This document shows, one piece after another, positions 26,393-34,965 of a stretch of DNA of 46,866 nt. The stretch's first letter is position 1, and the number at the start of each line of letters is the position of its first letter. The notes under the pieces were generated by a model that was not told the origin of the DNA, did not search any database, and saw nothing but the letters and a program-made list of their open reading frames with translations. A program made the position numbers and the translations under genes. This stretch comes from Candidatus Nanohaloarchaea archaeon. GTDB taxonomy: Archaea; Nanohalarchaeota; Nanosalinia; Nanosalinales; Nanosalinaceae. The stretch is taken from positions 1-46,866 of the forward strand of contig JBDGRD010000033.1 in assembly GCA_042218425.1 (NCBI GenBank), in the 5' to 3' direction.

Positions 26393-26869
26393 ATGTCTGA
26401 TGAAGACCAGCACCCGTTTGTGGATGAAGATGCCCGGAAGTCGAGCACTATAGTCACGAAAAACTCCATCGCCATCCCCGAGGACCGGCAGAAGTACAGG
26501 TTGAGCGACCGTGCCTGGAACTGGGAGAAGATCGTCGACCTGTTCTTCCCGAAGGAGCAGTCGCCGAAGCGGAACAAGTACGCCAAGATATTTCTCCGCG
26601 AGCTGAAGGACTCGGGGAAAATCGATTCGGAGAAGCTGAACGCTTTCGATGAATGGGGTCACGAGAAAGGCAAGAGCAACCTGAAGAACAATATACTGCC
26701 GAAATTGAGGCGTCTTGGCGTCATACAGTACGAGTACCTGGAGTATCGAGACGCGAGCGAAGGCTCTCAGGGCCGCAGGAAAGTCGTCAAGCCAGCGAAA
26801 TCTTTCAGTTCGATGCTGGACTCTATGGCCAACGGATGGGCTGCTTTCGAGTCAGCGGCGTTTGAGTAG
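26393..26869 (+). CDS. hypothetical protein, Lys/Arg-rich
   Basis: 158 aa and noticeably more basic than the neighbours. There is a possible helix-turn-helix-like segment (NNILPKLRRLGVIQYEYLEY). Confidence 0.55.
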   Translation: MSDEDQHPFVDEDARKSSTIVTKNSIAIPEDRQKYRLSDRAWNWEKIVDLFFPKEQSPKRNKYAKIFLRELKDSGKIDSEKLNAFDEWGHEKGKSNLKNNILPKLRRLGVIQYEYLEYRDASEGSQGRRKVVKPAKSFSSMLDSMANGWAAFESAAFE

Positions 26870-27087
26870 GGGGATAGCTGAAGCTATCTTTCTGAAACAG
26901 CCGCTTCCCTTTCTTCAGAGGGCTGTGGCTGTGACTATCTCGGCTTCTGTATGCAACTCTGCTGTCTCGCGGTGAGTTTCAGCTTCGAGTGCCTGAAGCT
27001 CTGTCTCGAAGTCACGTGTGTTTGCGTTGATTGTTAGCACCTCATGGCGGAGCTCTGTCGTTTGACTGGGGGAACATTATAAGGTCC

Positions 27088-27335
27088 GGGGACAGGCCTC
27101 ACCTTGCAAGCAAGACCTGCCCTTTAGTTTCCTACGGTGTAGGGATGGCAGGAAACTTCAGAACTTTGGTTTTTCGCGGTCGGCGCTTGACTCCAGTTGG
27201 AGCCAAGGCTTCATCCCGCTTTACTCTGCCAGGGTGTTAATGGAGAAAGCCTTGGCCTTGGGGACGTTATAGGTATGCCTCACCAGATCCACGAACATGT
27301 TTCCAGTGAGCCAGCTAGTAGTATTAGCCAAGGCC
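27088..27335. ncRNA. candidate structured non-coding RNA(s), type and strand unresolved
   Basis: - The region lies in a 511-bp ORF-free gap.
- A 10-bp helix pairs 27202-27211 with 27247-27256.
- An 8-bp helix pairs 27254-27261 with 27328-27335.
- A bulged hairpin spans 27116-27152.
- A TATA-like attataag lies at 27076-27083.
- A T5 run lies at 27170-27174. Confidence 0.25.
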
Positions 27336-27380
27336 ATTTTGTACTACCAATTTAGGTCCCGAGCCTTTTAAGTATTCTGT

Positions 27381-28133
27381 TCAGCCTGTGTAAGGCTCGA
27401 AAACTTCCTTACGTAGACGGCTGTGCGCGACCTCTAGGACGTCTTTCAGGTTTCTGGCGTCGTGCTTGTTGTACCTGACCAGTTTCTGGAGTGCGTCCTC
27501 GTCTCCCTCGTTCTCGTACTTTTTCCAGAGCCTGACAGCTTCCCGACCGTCGATATCCTCGAGTTCGCGGTCGATACCCAGCTGTTTCTCTATGCTTTTC
27601 AGCCCTCCGGAAAGCCCGAGCCGCTTGCAGATGTACATCAGGTCAAGGTGAGGGGTCTCGATCTCCAGGTCAAAGTTGTGCTCAAGGAAGGGCTGGTCAA
27701 ACCGCTTGCCGTTGAAGGACACCAGTATGCTCGATTCGAAGAGCTCCTCCTCTATCCTTTCGCGGGTGAGGTCCTGGCCTCTGACAAGAGTTTTCGCCTC
27801 TCCCGCCCTGTAGAAGCTGACGGTGGTTACCCTGTTCCGCTCTCTGTCGAGCCCTGTCGTCTCTATGTCGAAGAAGCACGCGTTCTCCTTGAAGTTCTGG
27901 TACGCACGCCACATGCTCTGGTTCGGTAGCTTGTCCTGGAAGAAGACAGAGTTGCCGACGTCGAGATTCCGTTCCGCCAGCTTGAGGAAGTCCAGGATTT
28001 TTTCCCGCTTCTTGCTGCCGAGAGCGTTCGAATCCCGGAAACCGTCCCAGTGTGTTATACCCTGCTCCCAGAGCTTCTGCTCGGTTTTCTCACCTACACC
28101 GGGTGCGAGAACGAAGCTGTTTTCTATCCGCAT
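27381..28133 (-). CDS. RNase H-like/DEDD 3'-5' exonuclease related to the PolB exonuclease domain (YprB-like), with N-terminal HhH
   Basis: CFFDIETTGL is the Exo I motif, LVSFNGKRFDQPFL is Exo II-like and HDARNL is Exo III-like. The N-terminus reads LAPGVGEKTEQKLWEQGI. Confidence 0.75.
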   Translation of the reverse strand: MRIENSFVLAPGVGEKTEQKLWEQGITHWDGFRDSNALGSKKREKILDFLKLAERNLDVGNSVFFQDKLPNQSMWRAYQNFKENACFFDIETTGLDRERNRVTTVSFYRAGEAKTLVRGQDLTRERIEEELFESSILVSFNGKRFDQPFLEHNFDLEIETPHLDLMYICKRLGLSGGLKSIEKQLGIDRELEDIDGREAVRLWKKYENEGDEDALQKLVRYNKHDARNLKDVLEVAHSRLRKEVFEPYTG

Positions 28134-28165
28134 AAAAGAAGAAATGGAAAATAGGGTTAAGAAGT

Positions 28166-28363
28166 TTACCGGGAAGCCTTGATGTCGTCCGCCTGTACGG
28201 TCTTCCGACCGGCGTGCTCTGCGTATTCCTTGGCCTGTCGGGCCCTGTCCTGTGCGTGTTCCTCGAGCTCGTCCCTGAGTTCCTCTACTGCGTCCTCTGC
28301 GACCCTGTGAGCGCCGGCCTGCTTGATTATCCGCTTAACAGGCGCCAGTGGTAGTTCTGCCAT
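28166..28363 (-). CDS. archaeal histone (HMf-type, canonical)
   Basis: The sequence is [72 protein letters not shown] lies upstream. Confidence 0.9.
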   Translation of the reverse strand: MAELPLAPVKRIIKQAGAHRVAEDAVEELRDELEEHAQDRARQAKEYAEHAGRKTVQADDIKASR

Positions 28364-28420
28364 TTTGATGTCACCTCCGTTTCAAAAGCTTGTTTCCTGT
28401 GTTTCATTAAGCTCTGGTCT

Positions 28421-28430
28421 TTTATAAAAA
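28421..28430 (-). promoter_or_regulatory. TATA box (minus strand tttttataaa) about 58 nt upstream of the histone ATG
   Basis: AT-rich consensus-like element. An SD lies in between, which implies a leadered mRNA. Confidence 0.45.
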
Positions 28431-28604
28431 CGTCGACGCCGTAGATTCCTTTATTCTCTGCCTGGATGGCGCAAAAATATATTCTCGACTGAAGGAGGAT
28501 TTTTAACCGTCTTGGAATGAAAAGGGGGTTTTCTAAAAAATTTTGTGGAGTGGTCGGGGTTCAAAGGCCCCTGTTGTCCCGATAGCGTGTTCTGAGAGCT
28601 TCTT

Positions 28605-29264
28605 TCACAGACTCCTGAGTTCTAATTCTATTTTCCTGTCCTCGATTTCGGCTATGCCGTAGTAGCCATCCATGACAGGTCCCGGGTTGACTACAGGCGT
28701 GCCGCCTATCTCGTCGCTACCTCTTGACTCGTGGATGTGGCCGGTGAGCACAAGGTCGAAGTCCTTCTCCTGTATCAGTTCCCTGACCTCGGAGCTTCCG
28801 ACGTGCTCGCCGTCGGCGATGTCCAGCTCGGTCTCGGCTGGAGGCTGGTGTATCACGGCAACCTTGTTATCCGCCTTCATACGCTGGTGGAGGGTCTCAA
28901 CTGCGTCTTTTATCTCGCTGCCTTCAGGCTCGAACGGAGTCCCGAAAGGCGTTATACCGCCGCCGAATCCGACGGCCTCGAAAGACTCGAAGGAGGCTAT
29001 CTTCTTGTGGATATTCATCCTGTAGTCTATGAGCTGGCCGACGCATTCCTCTTCGGGATCCATATTGCCCGGTACGGCCCTGGCCATCTTTCCTTTCTGG
29101 TCGAAGGAGTCAAGTACTTCGCGCAGCCTTGACTCGTAGTCCTCGAACTCACGTGCGTCGCTCAAGTCGCCGGCGCAAAGAACGGTGTCGTACTTCTCTC
29201 TGGAAAGTATTTTCTGCAGTTTTTCGACATCTCCGTGTATGTCGGTCAGAAGTAGAACTCTCAT
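28605..29264 (-). CDS. calcineurin-like metallophosphoesterase
   Basis: MRVLLLTDIHGD, AGDL, PGNMD, IHQPP and TGHIHE are present. The track ORF extends to 29294; the ATG at 29264 fits the family N-terminus. Confidence 0.85.
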   Translation of the reverse strand: MRVLLLTDIHGDVEKLQKILSREKYDTVLCAGDLSDAREFEDYESRLREVLDSFDQKGKMARAVPGNMDPEEECVGQLIDYRMNIHKKIASFESFEAVGFGGGITPFGTPFEPEGSEIKDAVETLHQRMKADNKVAVIHQPPAETELDIADGEHVGSSEVRELIQEKDFDLVLTGHIHESRGSDEIGGTPVVNPGPVMDGYYGIAEIEDRKIELELRSL

Positions 29265-29336
29265 GAGGTAGTATTCCGGGGCGGCGTTTAACATTGTATC
29301 CCAGTCTACTTAACTCTCGGACTCCGGGATTGAAAC

Positions 29337-31739
29337 ATGGAGTCCAGAGTCCAGGTCATCGATGTCGACTACCGTTTAGAGGGCGACGAGGTGGTTGTCA
29401 GAGCCTTCGCCAAGGATGAAAGCGGGAACGATATCCTGCTGCTGGAGAGGGATTTCTCGCCGTATTTCTACGCCGTTCCCCGGGACGATACCGGGGAGGC
29501 GAGAGAGGAGATACTGGAAAAAGACTTCGTCGAGGACGGCGAGGAACTCCCGGTGAGAGATGTGGAAAAAGTCGAGAAACTGGACGGGAACGAAAAGGTC
29601 GAGGTCCTGAAGGTATCGACTGATGTGCCTCCGACCGTTCCGAAGCTGAAGAGCAAGGTCGAGGACCTCCAGGCCGTAAAAGAGTGCAGGGAGTACGATA
29701 TACCGTTCTACAAGCGTTTCCTCATCGACAGGAACGTCTACCCGGCCACATGGATAGAGGTCAAGGGAACCGAGGTCGAGGCCGAAAGCTTTGCCACAGC
29801 AATTGAAATCGAAGAGCTCAGTCCTGCAGAAGGCGGTGGAGAGCTGGACTTCGAGACCCTGGCATTCGACCTTGAAGTATACGAAGAAGAGATAATAATG
29901 GCGTCCTTCTACAGCGAGGGATACCAGAAAGTGCTGTCCACGGAGGAAATCGACCGCGACTACGTTGAAAAGGTGGATTCCGAGAAAGAGATCATCCAGA
30001 GACTCATGGAGATAGTCGAGGAACGGAATGTGGACGTCCTCACAGGATACAACACGGACGAGTTCGACTTCAAGAAGCTACGCGAGCGCGCAGAACACCA
30101 TGGACTGGAGCTTTCCATGGGACGGAACGGTGAAAGGATGAAGTTCAAGAGGCGTGGACGTTTCTCCTCGGCGAGACTGAAGGGAAGGATGCACCTCGAT
30201 ATCTATCCTTTCATAGCGCACGTGCTCGCTCCCGGTCTCGACTCTGAAACGCTTGACCTTGACTCGGTCGCTGAAGAACTGCTTGGAAGAAACAAGGACG
30301 ACATAAGCTGGGAGGATATGAAGGCCAGCTGGCGCGGCAAAGAGGGCCTTGAGGAGTTCGCCGACTACGCATTGAAAGACTCTGAGCTGGCGTTCGAGCT
30401 AGGCCAGGAGCTCATACCGCAGATGATGGAGCTTTCCCGGATAACAGGGCTGATACCTTTCGACGCCTGCCGGCTGACGTACGGGCAGCTGACGGAGAAC
30501 TACCTTCTCCGGGAGGCGTACCAGAGGAACATGCTGGCTCCCAACAGGCCGACCCGGGACGAACGCTCCAAGAGGGAGCGCCAGGGTGCCTACGCCGGTG
30601 GGTTCGTCTACACGCCGGACGCAGGGCTTTACGAGGATATCGTCCTCCTCGACTTCCGGAGCCTGTACCCTACCGTGATGGTGTCCCACAATATATCGCC
30701 CGATACTCTCGAACTGGACGAATGCGGTGACCGCTTCACGGTGGAAGAGTTCGGCTACGATTTCTGCCAGGACGAACAGGGTTTCTTCCCGGAGCTTGTC
30801 GAAGGTCTGGTCGAAGAACGCTACGAACTCAAGAAAAAGCTCGACGACCATGAAGAAGGCACGCGAGAGTACCGCTCTATCTACAGCAGGCAGGCGGCGG
30901 AAAAGATACTTGCGAACTCTTTTTACGGCTACCTGGGTTACTCGGGTGCGAGATGGTACTCGCGGGAATGCGCCGAGGCCACGACCTACCTCGGCCGGAA
31001 ATACATCCAGGACTCGATAGAGAAGGCTGAGGAAGAAGGTTTTGAGGTCGTCTACGGCGATACCGACTCGCTTTTCCTCCGGAAGGAGGGTATAAAGGAA
31101 GATATAGAACCGTTCCTGGAAGAGGTCAATCAGGAGCTACCGGAGTTCATGGAGCTGGAGTTCGAGGGTTTCTTCCCGAGAGGTTTCTTCACCTCCACCG
31201 ATTCCGGGGAAGGTGCGAAGAAGAAGTACGCCCTGATGAACGAGGACGGCGGGCTGAAGATAACCGGGTTCGAGCAGGTTAGAAGGGACTGGAGCCCTAT
31301 CGCCAAGGAGACGCAGAAAGAAGTGTTGCGGAAGGTTCTCCAGGACGAGATAGAGGAGGCCGCTGAACTCGTGAAGGATACTGTCCAGGACCTCAAGGAC
31401 GGCAAGATACCGGTCGAGAAGCTCAGGATTTACACCTCGCTGACCAAGAAACCGGAGAACTACGAGTCAACCGCTCCGCACGTCGAGGCAGCCAAGAAGG
31501 CTATGGAGCGCGGCGACGACATCAGCCCGGGCACGACAATCGACTACGTCATAACCCGGGGAAGCGGCAACATATCCTCTCGAGCGGAGCTTGCGAAGTA
31601 CGCCGAGGACTACGACCCGGACTACTACGTCGACAACCAGATAGTCCCGGCGGCGATCCGGGTGCTGAAAGTGTTCGGCTACACCGAGGACCAGTTGAAA
31701 GGCAAGGGCAAGCAGTCCGGTCTCGGCCGGTTCGGTTGA
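29337..31739 (+). CDS. polB: family B DNA polymerase (PolB)
   Basis: Exo I is FDLEV and Exo II is GYNTDEFDF. Pol motif A is DFRSLYPT, motif B is KILANSFYGYLG and motif C is YGDTDS. No intein is present. Confidence 0.95.
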   Translation: MESRVQVIDVDYRLEGDEVVVRAFAKDESGNDILLLERDFSPYFYAVPRDDTGEAREEILEKDFVEDGEELPVRDVEKVEKLDGNEKVEVLKVSTDVPPTVPKLKSKVEDLQAVKECREYDIPFYKRFLIDRNVYPATWIEVKGTEVEAESFATAIEIEELSPAEGGGELDFETLAFDLEVYEEEIIMASFYSEGYQKVLSTEEIDRDYVEKVDSEKEIIQRLMEIVEERNVDVLTGYNTDEFDFKKLRERAEHHGLELSMGRNGERMKFKRRGRFSSARLKGRMHLDIYPFIAHVLAPGLDSETLDLDSVAEELLGRNKDDISWEDMKASWRGKEGLEEFADYALKDSELAFELGQELIPQMMELSRITGLIPFDACRLTYGQLTENYLLREAYQRNMLAPNRPTRDERSKRERQGAYAGGFVYTPDAGLYEDIVLLDFRSLYPTVMVSHNISPDTLELDECGDRFTVEEFGYDFCQDEQGFFPELVEGLVEERYELKKKLDDHEEGTREYRSIYSRQAAEKILANSFYGYLGYSGARWYSRECAEATTYLGRKYIQDSIEKAEEEGFEVVYGDTDSLFLRKEGIKEDIEPFLEEVNQELPEFMELEFEGFFPRGFFTSTDSGEGAKKKYALMNEDGGLKITGFEQVRRDWSPIAKETQKEVLRKVLQDEIEEAAELVKDTVQDLKDGKIPVEKLRIYTSLTKKPENYESTAPHVEAAKKAMERGDDISPGTTIDYVITRGSGNISSRAELAKYAEDYDPDYYVDNQIVPAAIRVLKVFGYTEDQLKGKGKQSGLGRFG

Positions 31740-31763
31740 GTTTTTATTGGTGGCTGCGATAGT

Positions 31764-32879
31764 TTGGTTATGGTACTTGGTTTTTCCGGCTTGCTCCCGA
31801 ACGCTGCTGTAGGGCTGGCGTCGGTCGTGCTCCTGGTATTCGGTGCCGAGAAAGTGGTCGGCAAGATGGAGGGAGTCGCGAAAGCCTACGGGATATCTGA
31901 AGTTGTCATAGCCATGACCATCATATCCGTGGGGACCAGCCTGCCGGAGATATCGCTACACCTGGTCGGCTCCTTCAACATCCTGACCAACCCCGGCAAC
32001 CAGCAGCTCTACCAGCAGATTTCCGCCACTGTCCTCGGCAGCAACATAGGTTCGGACGTGGTCCAGCAGACACTTGTTCTCGGGCTTGTGGTCCTGGTGA
32101 CGGCTTTCATGCGGAACTCGAGGGGCTTCAAGTTCTCCCGGAAGTTCCTGCTCCGCGACTACGCACCGATGATGGGCACCACGCTCCTGACTCTTATACT
32201 TGCCTGGGACCGGACTCTCTCGGTTTTCGACGGTCTGGTGCTCCTTAACTTCTTCATCGCCTACATGTACTACCTTTACTCGACCCGGGACGAGAAGCTA
32301 CAGAAACAGGGTAGCTCCGAGCCAAGCCAGAGGCCGCGGTATGACCTCGTGACTGGCATAGTATTCATGCTACTGGTCATATACTCTGCCGATGTGTTCC
32401 TGAAGGTTGTGGAACTCGGCATCGAGGCCACAGGCCTTAGTGGCTCGATGATAGGTGTCGCGACTGTCGGCGTAGTATCCGCCATGCCCGAGATGGTGAC
32501 CGCCATAACCGGCCTGAGACAGGGAGCGGAAGGGATATCTCTCGGCACGCTTATAGGGAGCAACATCACCAACCCTCTACTCGCTATCGGCGCGGGGGCG
32601 ACGCTTTCGACCTACGCCGTACCGGAGCCCCTGGTGCTCTGGGACCTGCCCATGGAGACTGCCACCGCGGGCGTACTCCTCATCTACCTGTTGAACAAGG
32701 GCAGGATAGGGGACTTTCTCGGCTCTATCGCTGGTGGACTGGGATTCGAAAAACTCGCCCAGAAATTCCGTTCAACTGAGGACAGGTTCCTGACGATGAC
32801 CGGTGCTGTACTCCTGATGCTGATGTATGTGTTCTACCTGTACGTCCGCTGGACCTACTTCCCGACCGACTTCCACTGA
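31764..32879 (+). CDS. Ca2+/cation antiporter (CaCA, YrbG-like) membrane protein
   Basis: Two alpha-repeats are present (GTSLPEISLH and GSNITNPLLAIG), with about 10 TM segments. The start may be the ATG at 31770. Confidence 0.85.
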   Translation: MVMVLGFSGLLPNAAVGLASVVLLVFGAEKVVGKMEGVAKAYGISEVVIAMTIISVGTSLPEISLHLVGSFNILTNPGNQQLYQQISATVLGSNIGSDVVQQTLVLGLVVLVTAFMRNSRGFKFSRKFLLRDYAPMMGTTLLTLILAWDRTLSVFDGLVLLNFFIAYMYYLYSTRDEKLQKQGSSEPSQRPRYDLVTGIVFMLLVIYSADVFLKVVELGIEATGLSGSMIGVATVGVVSAMPEMVTAITGLRQGAEGISLGTLIGSNITNPLLAIGAGATLSTYAVPEPLVLWDLPMETATAGVLLIYLLNKGRIGDFLGSIAGGLGFEKLAQKFRSTEDRFLTMTGAVLLMLMYVFYLYVRWTYFPTDFH

Positions 32880-32912
32880 GGTCAGAGAGAAATCGTGTCT
32901 GATCCTACGTGC

Positions 32913-33572
32913 TTACTTGAACACTTCGCCGGTCTCAAGCGACCAGAGAAGCAGGTCAAGCTCCTTTACAGGTATACCGATTTGTTCGGAGAACGCCTGC
33001 ATCTTTTCCTCGGTCTCAAGGTACTCTTCTTTACCTGAAGGAGGTTCCGGTGTCTCGGTGACGTCCAGCTGATGGAGCTTCCTGGCTATATGCCCGGATA
33101 TTATGGCGAAGCCGTTGCCGTAGCCTATGTTGCGGAGGAAGTGGGACGCTCCTTTCCAGCCCATGCCTTCCATGTTCTCGACCACCCAGCTCCTGGTCTT
33201 CCCCAGGTCTTCATGACTGACCCGGTTTTTCAGCTTGAGGCCGCCTCCCGGCTCTTTCAGGGTGGGCTGGGAAAGTATCTTCCGGTTCCGGATGATGTAG
33301 CCGGCCTTGTTCCTCTCGTACTGCACACTGTTGTCCTGGAGTACTCTGGCTATCTCTTCTTCGGAGCCTTCCATGAGAAGTCCTCGCTCCCGGAGCTCTT
33401 CCGCCGCTTCCCAGGCTTTTTCTGCACGTGTCTGCGATGTCAGAAGGACAAAAACCAGTTCCTCGAAAAGTCTTTCATCGTCGGCGTCGCGGAGCTTCCT
33501 GAAGTCTTCCAGCCGCGACTGTATCTGGTCATTTTTCTCCTGGTACTCCTTCCTGAGTTCTTCAGGGTTCAT
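32913..33572 (-). CDS. Ogg2/archaeal-type N-glycosylase/DNA lyase (HhH-GPD) homolog, expected catalytic Asp not found
   Basis: LFEELVFVLLTSQTRAEKAW, YERNKAGYII and GMGWKGASHFLRNIGY are present. The internal ATG at 33572 overlaps the upstream stop (ATGA). Confidence 0.75.
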   Translation of the reverse strand: MNPEELRKEYQEKNDQIQSRLEDFRKLRDADDERLFEELVFVLLTSQTRAEKAWEAAEELRERGLLMEGSEEEIARVLQDNSVQYERNKAGYIIRNRKILSQPTLKEPGGGLKLKNRVSHEDLGKTRSWVVENMEGMGWKGASHFLRNIGYGNGFAIISGHIARKLHQLDVTETPEPPSGKEEYLETEEKMQAFSEQIGIPVKELDLLLWSLETGEVFK

Positions 33573-34378
33573 CAGTTCAGTTCGCGTTCGATGGCTGCCT
33601 TGACGGCCGCGTAGTTCCAGCTGCTGACGCTTTTGCCGTTGACGAACACGGTTGGGGTCGAGGTCACCTGGTTGTTGCGGCCGATCCTGAGGTCGCTCCT
33701 CACGCTGCTCAAGGTCTTCTGGTTGTTTATACAGGTCTTGAGCTGGTCGTAGTCGAGTCCTTCGGTGTGGTTGCGGGCCACGTTCATCAGGAGTTCGCTG
33801 GTGACCCACTGCTCGCTTTCAGGACCCTGGTTCTCGTAGAGCGCGCGGTGGAAATCCCAGAACTGCTCCTCGCTCTGCCGGTTGACGCATTCGCCTGCGA
33901 CCGCGGCCTGTGTCGAGCCTGGGCCGAGGAAGGCGTAGTTTATGAAGTAGAACTTTACCTGTCCTGTGTCGATGTACTCTTCCTTGAGGCGGGGGAAGAC
34001 GTTTGTCTCGAACCGCTTGCAGAACGGGCATCGATAATCCCCGAACTCGACCACGGTTACAGATGCGTTCTCGCTGCCCATCATCGGCTGCTGGTCGAGC
34101 TGGAAGGTCGATGACTGCTGAGGAGCCGAGCTCGAGCCGATCATGTTCATCGCCAGGAAGGCCACTACCGCAAGACCGGCTACACCTGCGAGCCCCCAGC
34201 CCGCCATCTGTTTCCGACGGGCCATCTTCTCCTTTTTCTGCTCTTCGTGCTCTCTCCTGGCTTTCTTGACTTTTTCCTTCTGGTGGGAGTTCAGCTCGTC
34301 CTCGTGTTCCTCCCCCCAGTGTAAATGCAGTCCTGTTTTGGAGTCGAAATCTTCGTCGCAGAATTCGCAGCTGGGCAT
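33572..34378 (-). CDS. DsbA-like thiol:disulfide oxidoreductase (CPFC) with N-terminal C2H2 zinc finger and one TM segment
   Basis: CEFC-x12-H-x4-H lies at residues 4-25. It is followed by a Lys/Glu-rich linker, a TM segment (GWGLAGVAGLAVVAFLAM) and then VVEFGDYRCPFCKRF. Confidence 0.8.
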   Translation of the reverse strand: MPSCEFCDEDFDSKTGLHLHWGEEHEDELNSHQKEKVKKARREHEEQKKEKMARRKQMAGWGLAGVAGLAVVAFLAMNMIGSSSAPQQSSTFQLDQQPMMGSENASVTVVEFGDYRCPFCKRFETNVFPRLKEEYIDTGQVKFYFINYAFLGPGSTQAAVAGECVNRQSEEQFWDFHRALYENQGPESEQWVTSELLMNVARNHTEGLDYDQLKTCINNQKTLSSVRSDLRIGRNNQVTSTPTVFVNGKSVSSWNYAAVKAAIERELN

Positions 34379-34429
34379 GTGGTATTGTTTGGTCCCGACG
34401 TATTTTAAACTCGCTCTTGAATCTTTCTT

Positions 34430-34690
34430 ATGGAGCTGGAAAAACTTCTCTTACCCTTCCTGGCGCTTCTCCTGGTCGCATCTGCAGGGGCTCATGGAGA
34501 GGAGAAAGGCGCGCATCACAACGATACGGTATCAGGAGATACCGGTCCTTCAGGGGGGTCTGGTATGGATGACGCTTCAAGATATGTCGGAGAGTATCCT
34601 TCGTGGCTCCTTGCCGGCGTTGTCGTGGAGATACTGGTCGTCGCGGTATCCGGTTTTCTTGCCGGCCGCCACTACTACAGGACTAATTGA
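34430..34690 (+). CDS. small secreted/membrane-anchored His-rich protein
   Basis: The N-terminus is signal-like (LLLPFLALLLVASAGAHG). HGEEKGAHHND follows, then a C-terminal TM segment. Confidence 0.45.
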   Translation: MELEKLLLPFLALLLVASAGAHGEEKGAHHNDTVSGDTGPSGGSGMDDASRYVGEYPSWLLAGVVVEILVVAVSGFLAGRHYYRTN

Positions 34691-34958
34691 CGTCAAGGTG
34701 CGAGTCGTACATGAATGCTATGTCCTCGTCCTCTTTTTCTAGCTCTTCTACGGCCTTCTCCCGGATTTCTGAGGTGGTTACGAACGAGTCCTCGTGGCTT
34801 TCAGCCCAGGAAACTATCTTCTCCTTCACCCTGTCGGCTATCTCCACGGCCTCGCCTTCTCCATGGTGAGCCTCCCGTGCCGGATAGTAGAGCGAGTTCC
34901 AGAGCTTGCCCTCGTCGAATTCTTCTTTTTCGCCGTCCCTGTTGACTATCTTCATCAT
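34683..34958 (-). CDS. stand-alone ATP-cone domain protein
   Basis: KIVNRDGEKEEFDEGKLWNSLYYPA ... VTTSEIREKAVEELEKEDEDIAFMY matches the ATP-cone pattern. Confidence 0.7.
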   Translation of the reverse strand: MMKIVNRDGEKEEFDEGKLWNSLYYPAREAHHGEGEAVEIADRVKEKIVSWAESHEDSFVTTSEIREKAVEELEKEDEDIAFMYDSHLDVN

Positions 34959-34965
34959 ACCAGCC

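Noticed and set aside
27081-27367. Calling the 26870-27380 region RNase P RNA or SRP RNA.
   Set aside because: Only faint similarities are present: AAGGUCCGGGG against CR-I, a possible P4-like pairing, and AGCCAAGGC reminiscent of SRP/4.5S. The canonical GAAAGUCC, ACAGAA..GGCUUA and GGAA-tetraloop helix-8 signatures are missing. The region is kept as an unclassified candidate only.
28555-28573. tRNA T-arm-like sequence cGGGGTTCAAAGGCCCCtg.
   Set aside because: The stem is only 4 bp with an 8-nt loop. The about 50 nt upstream is an A/T run that cannot form acceptor, D or anticodon arms, so this is not a tRNA.
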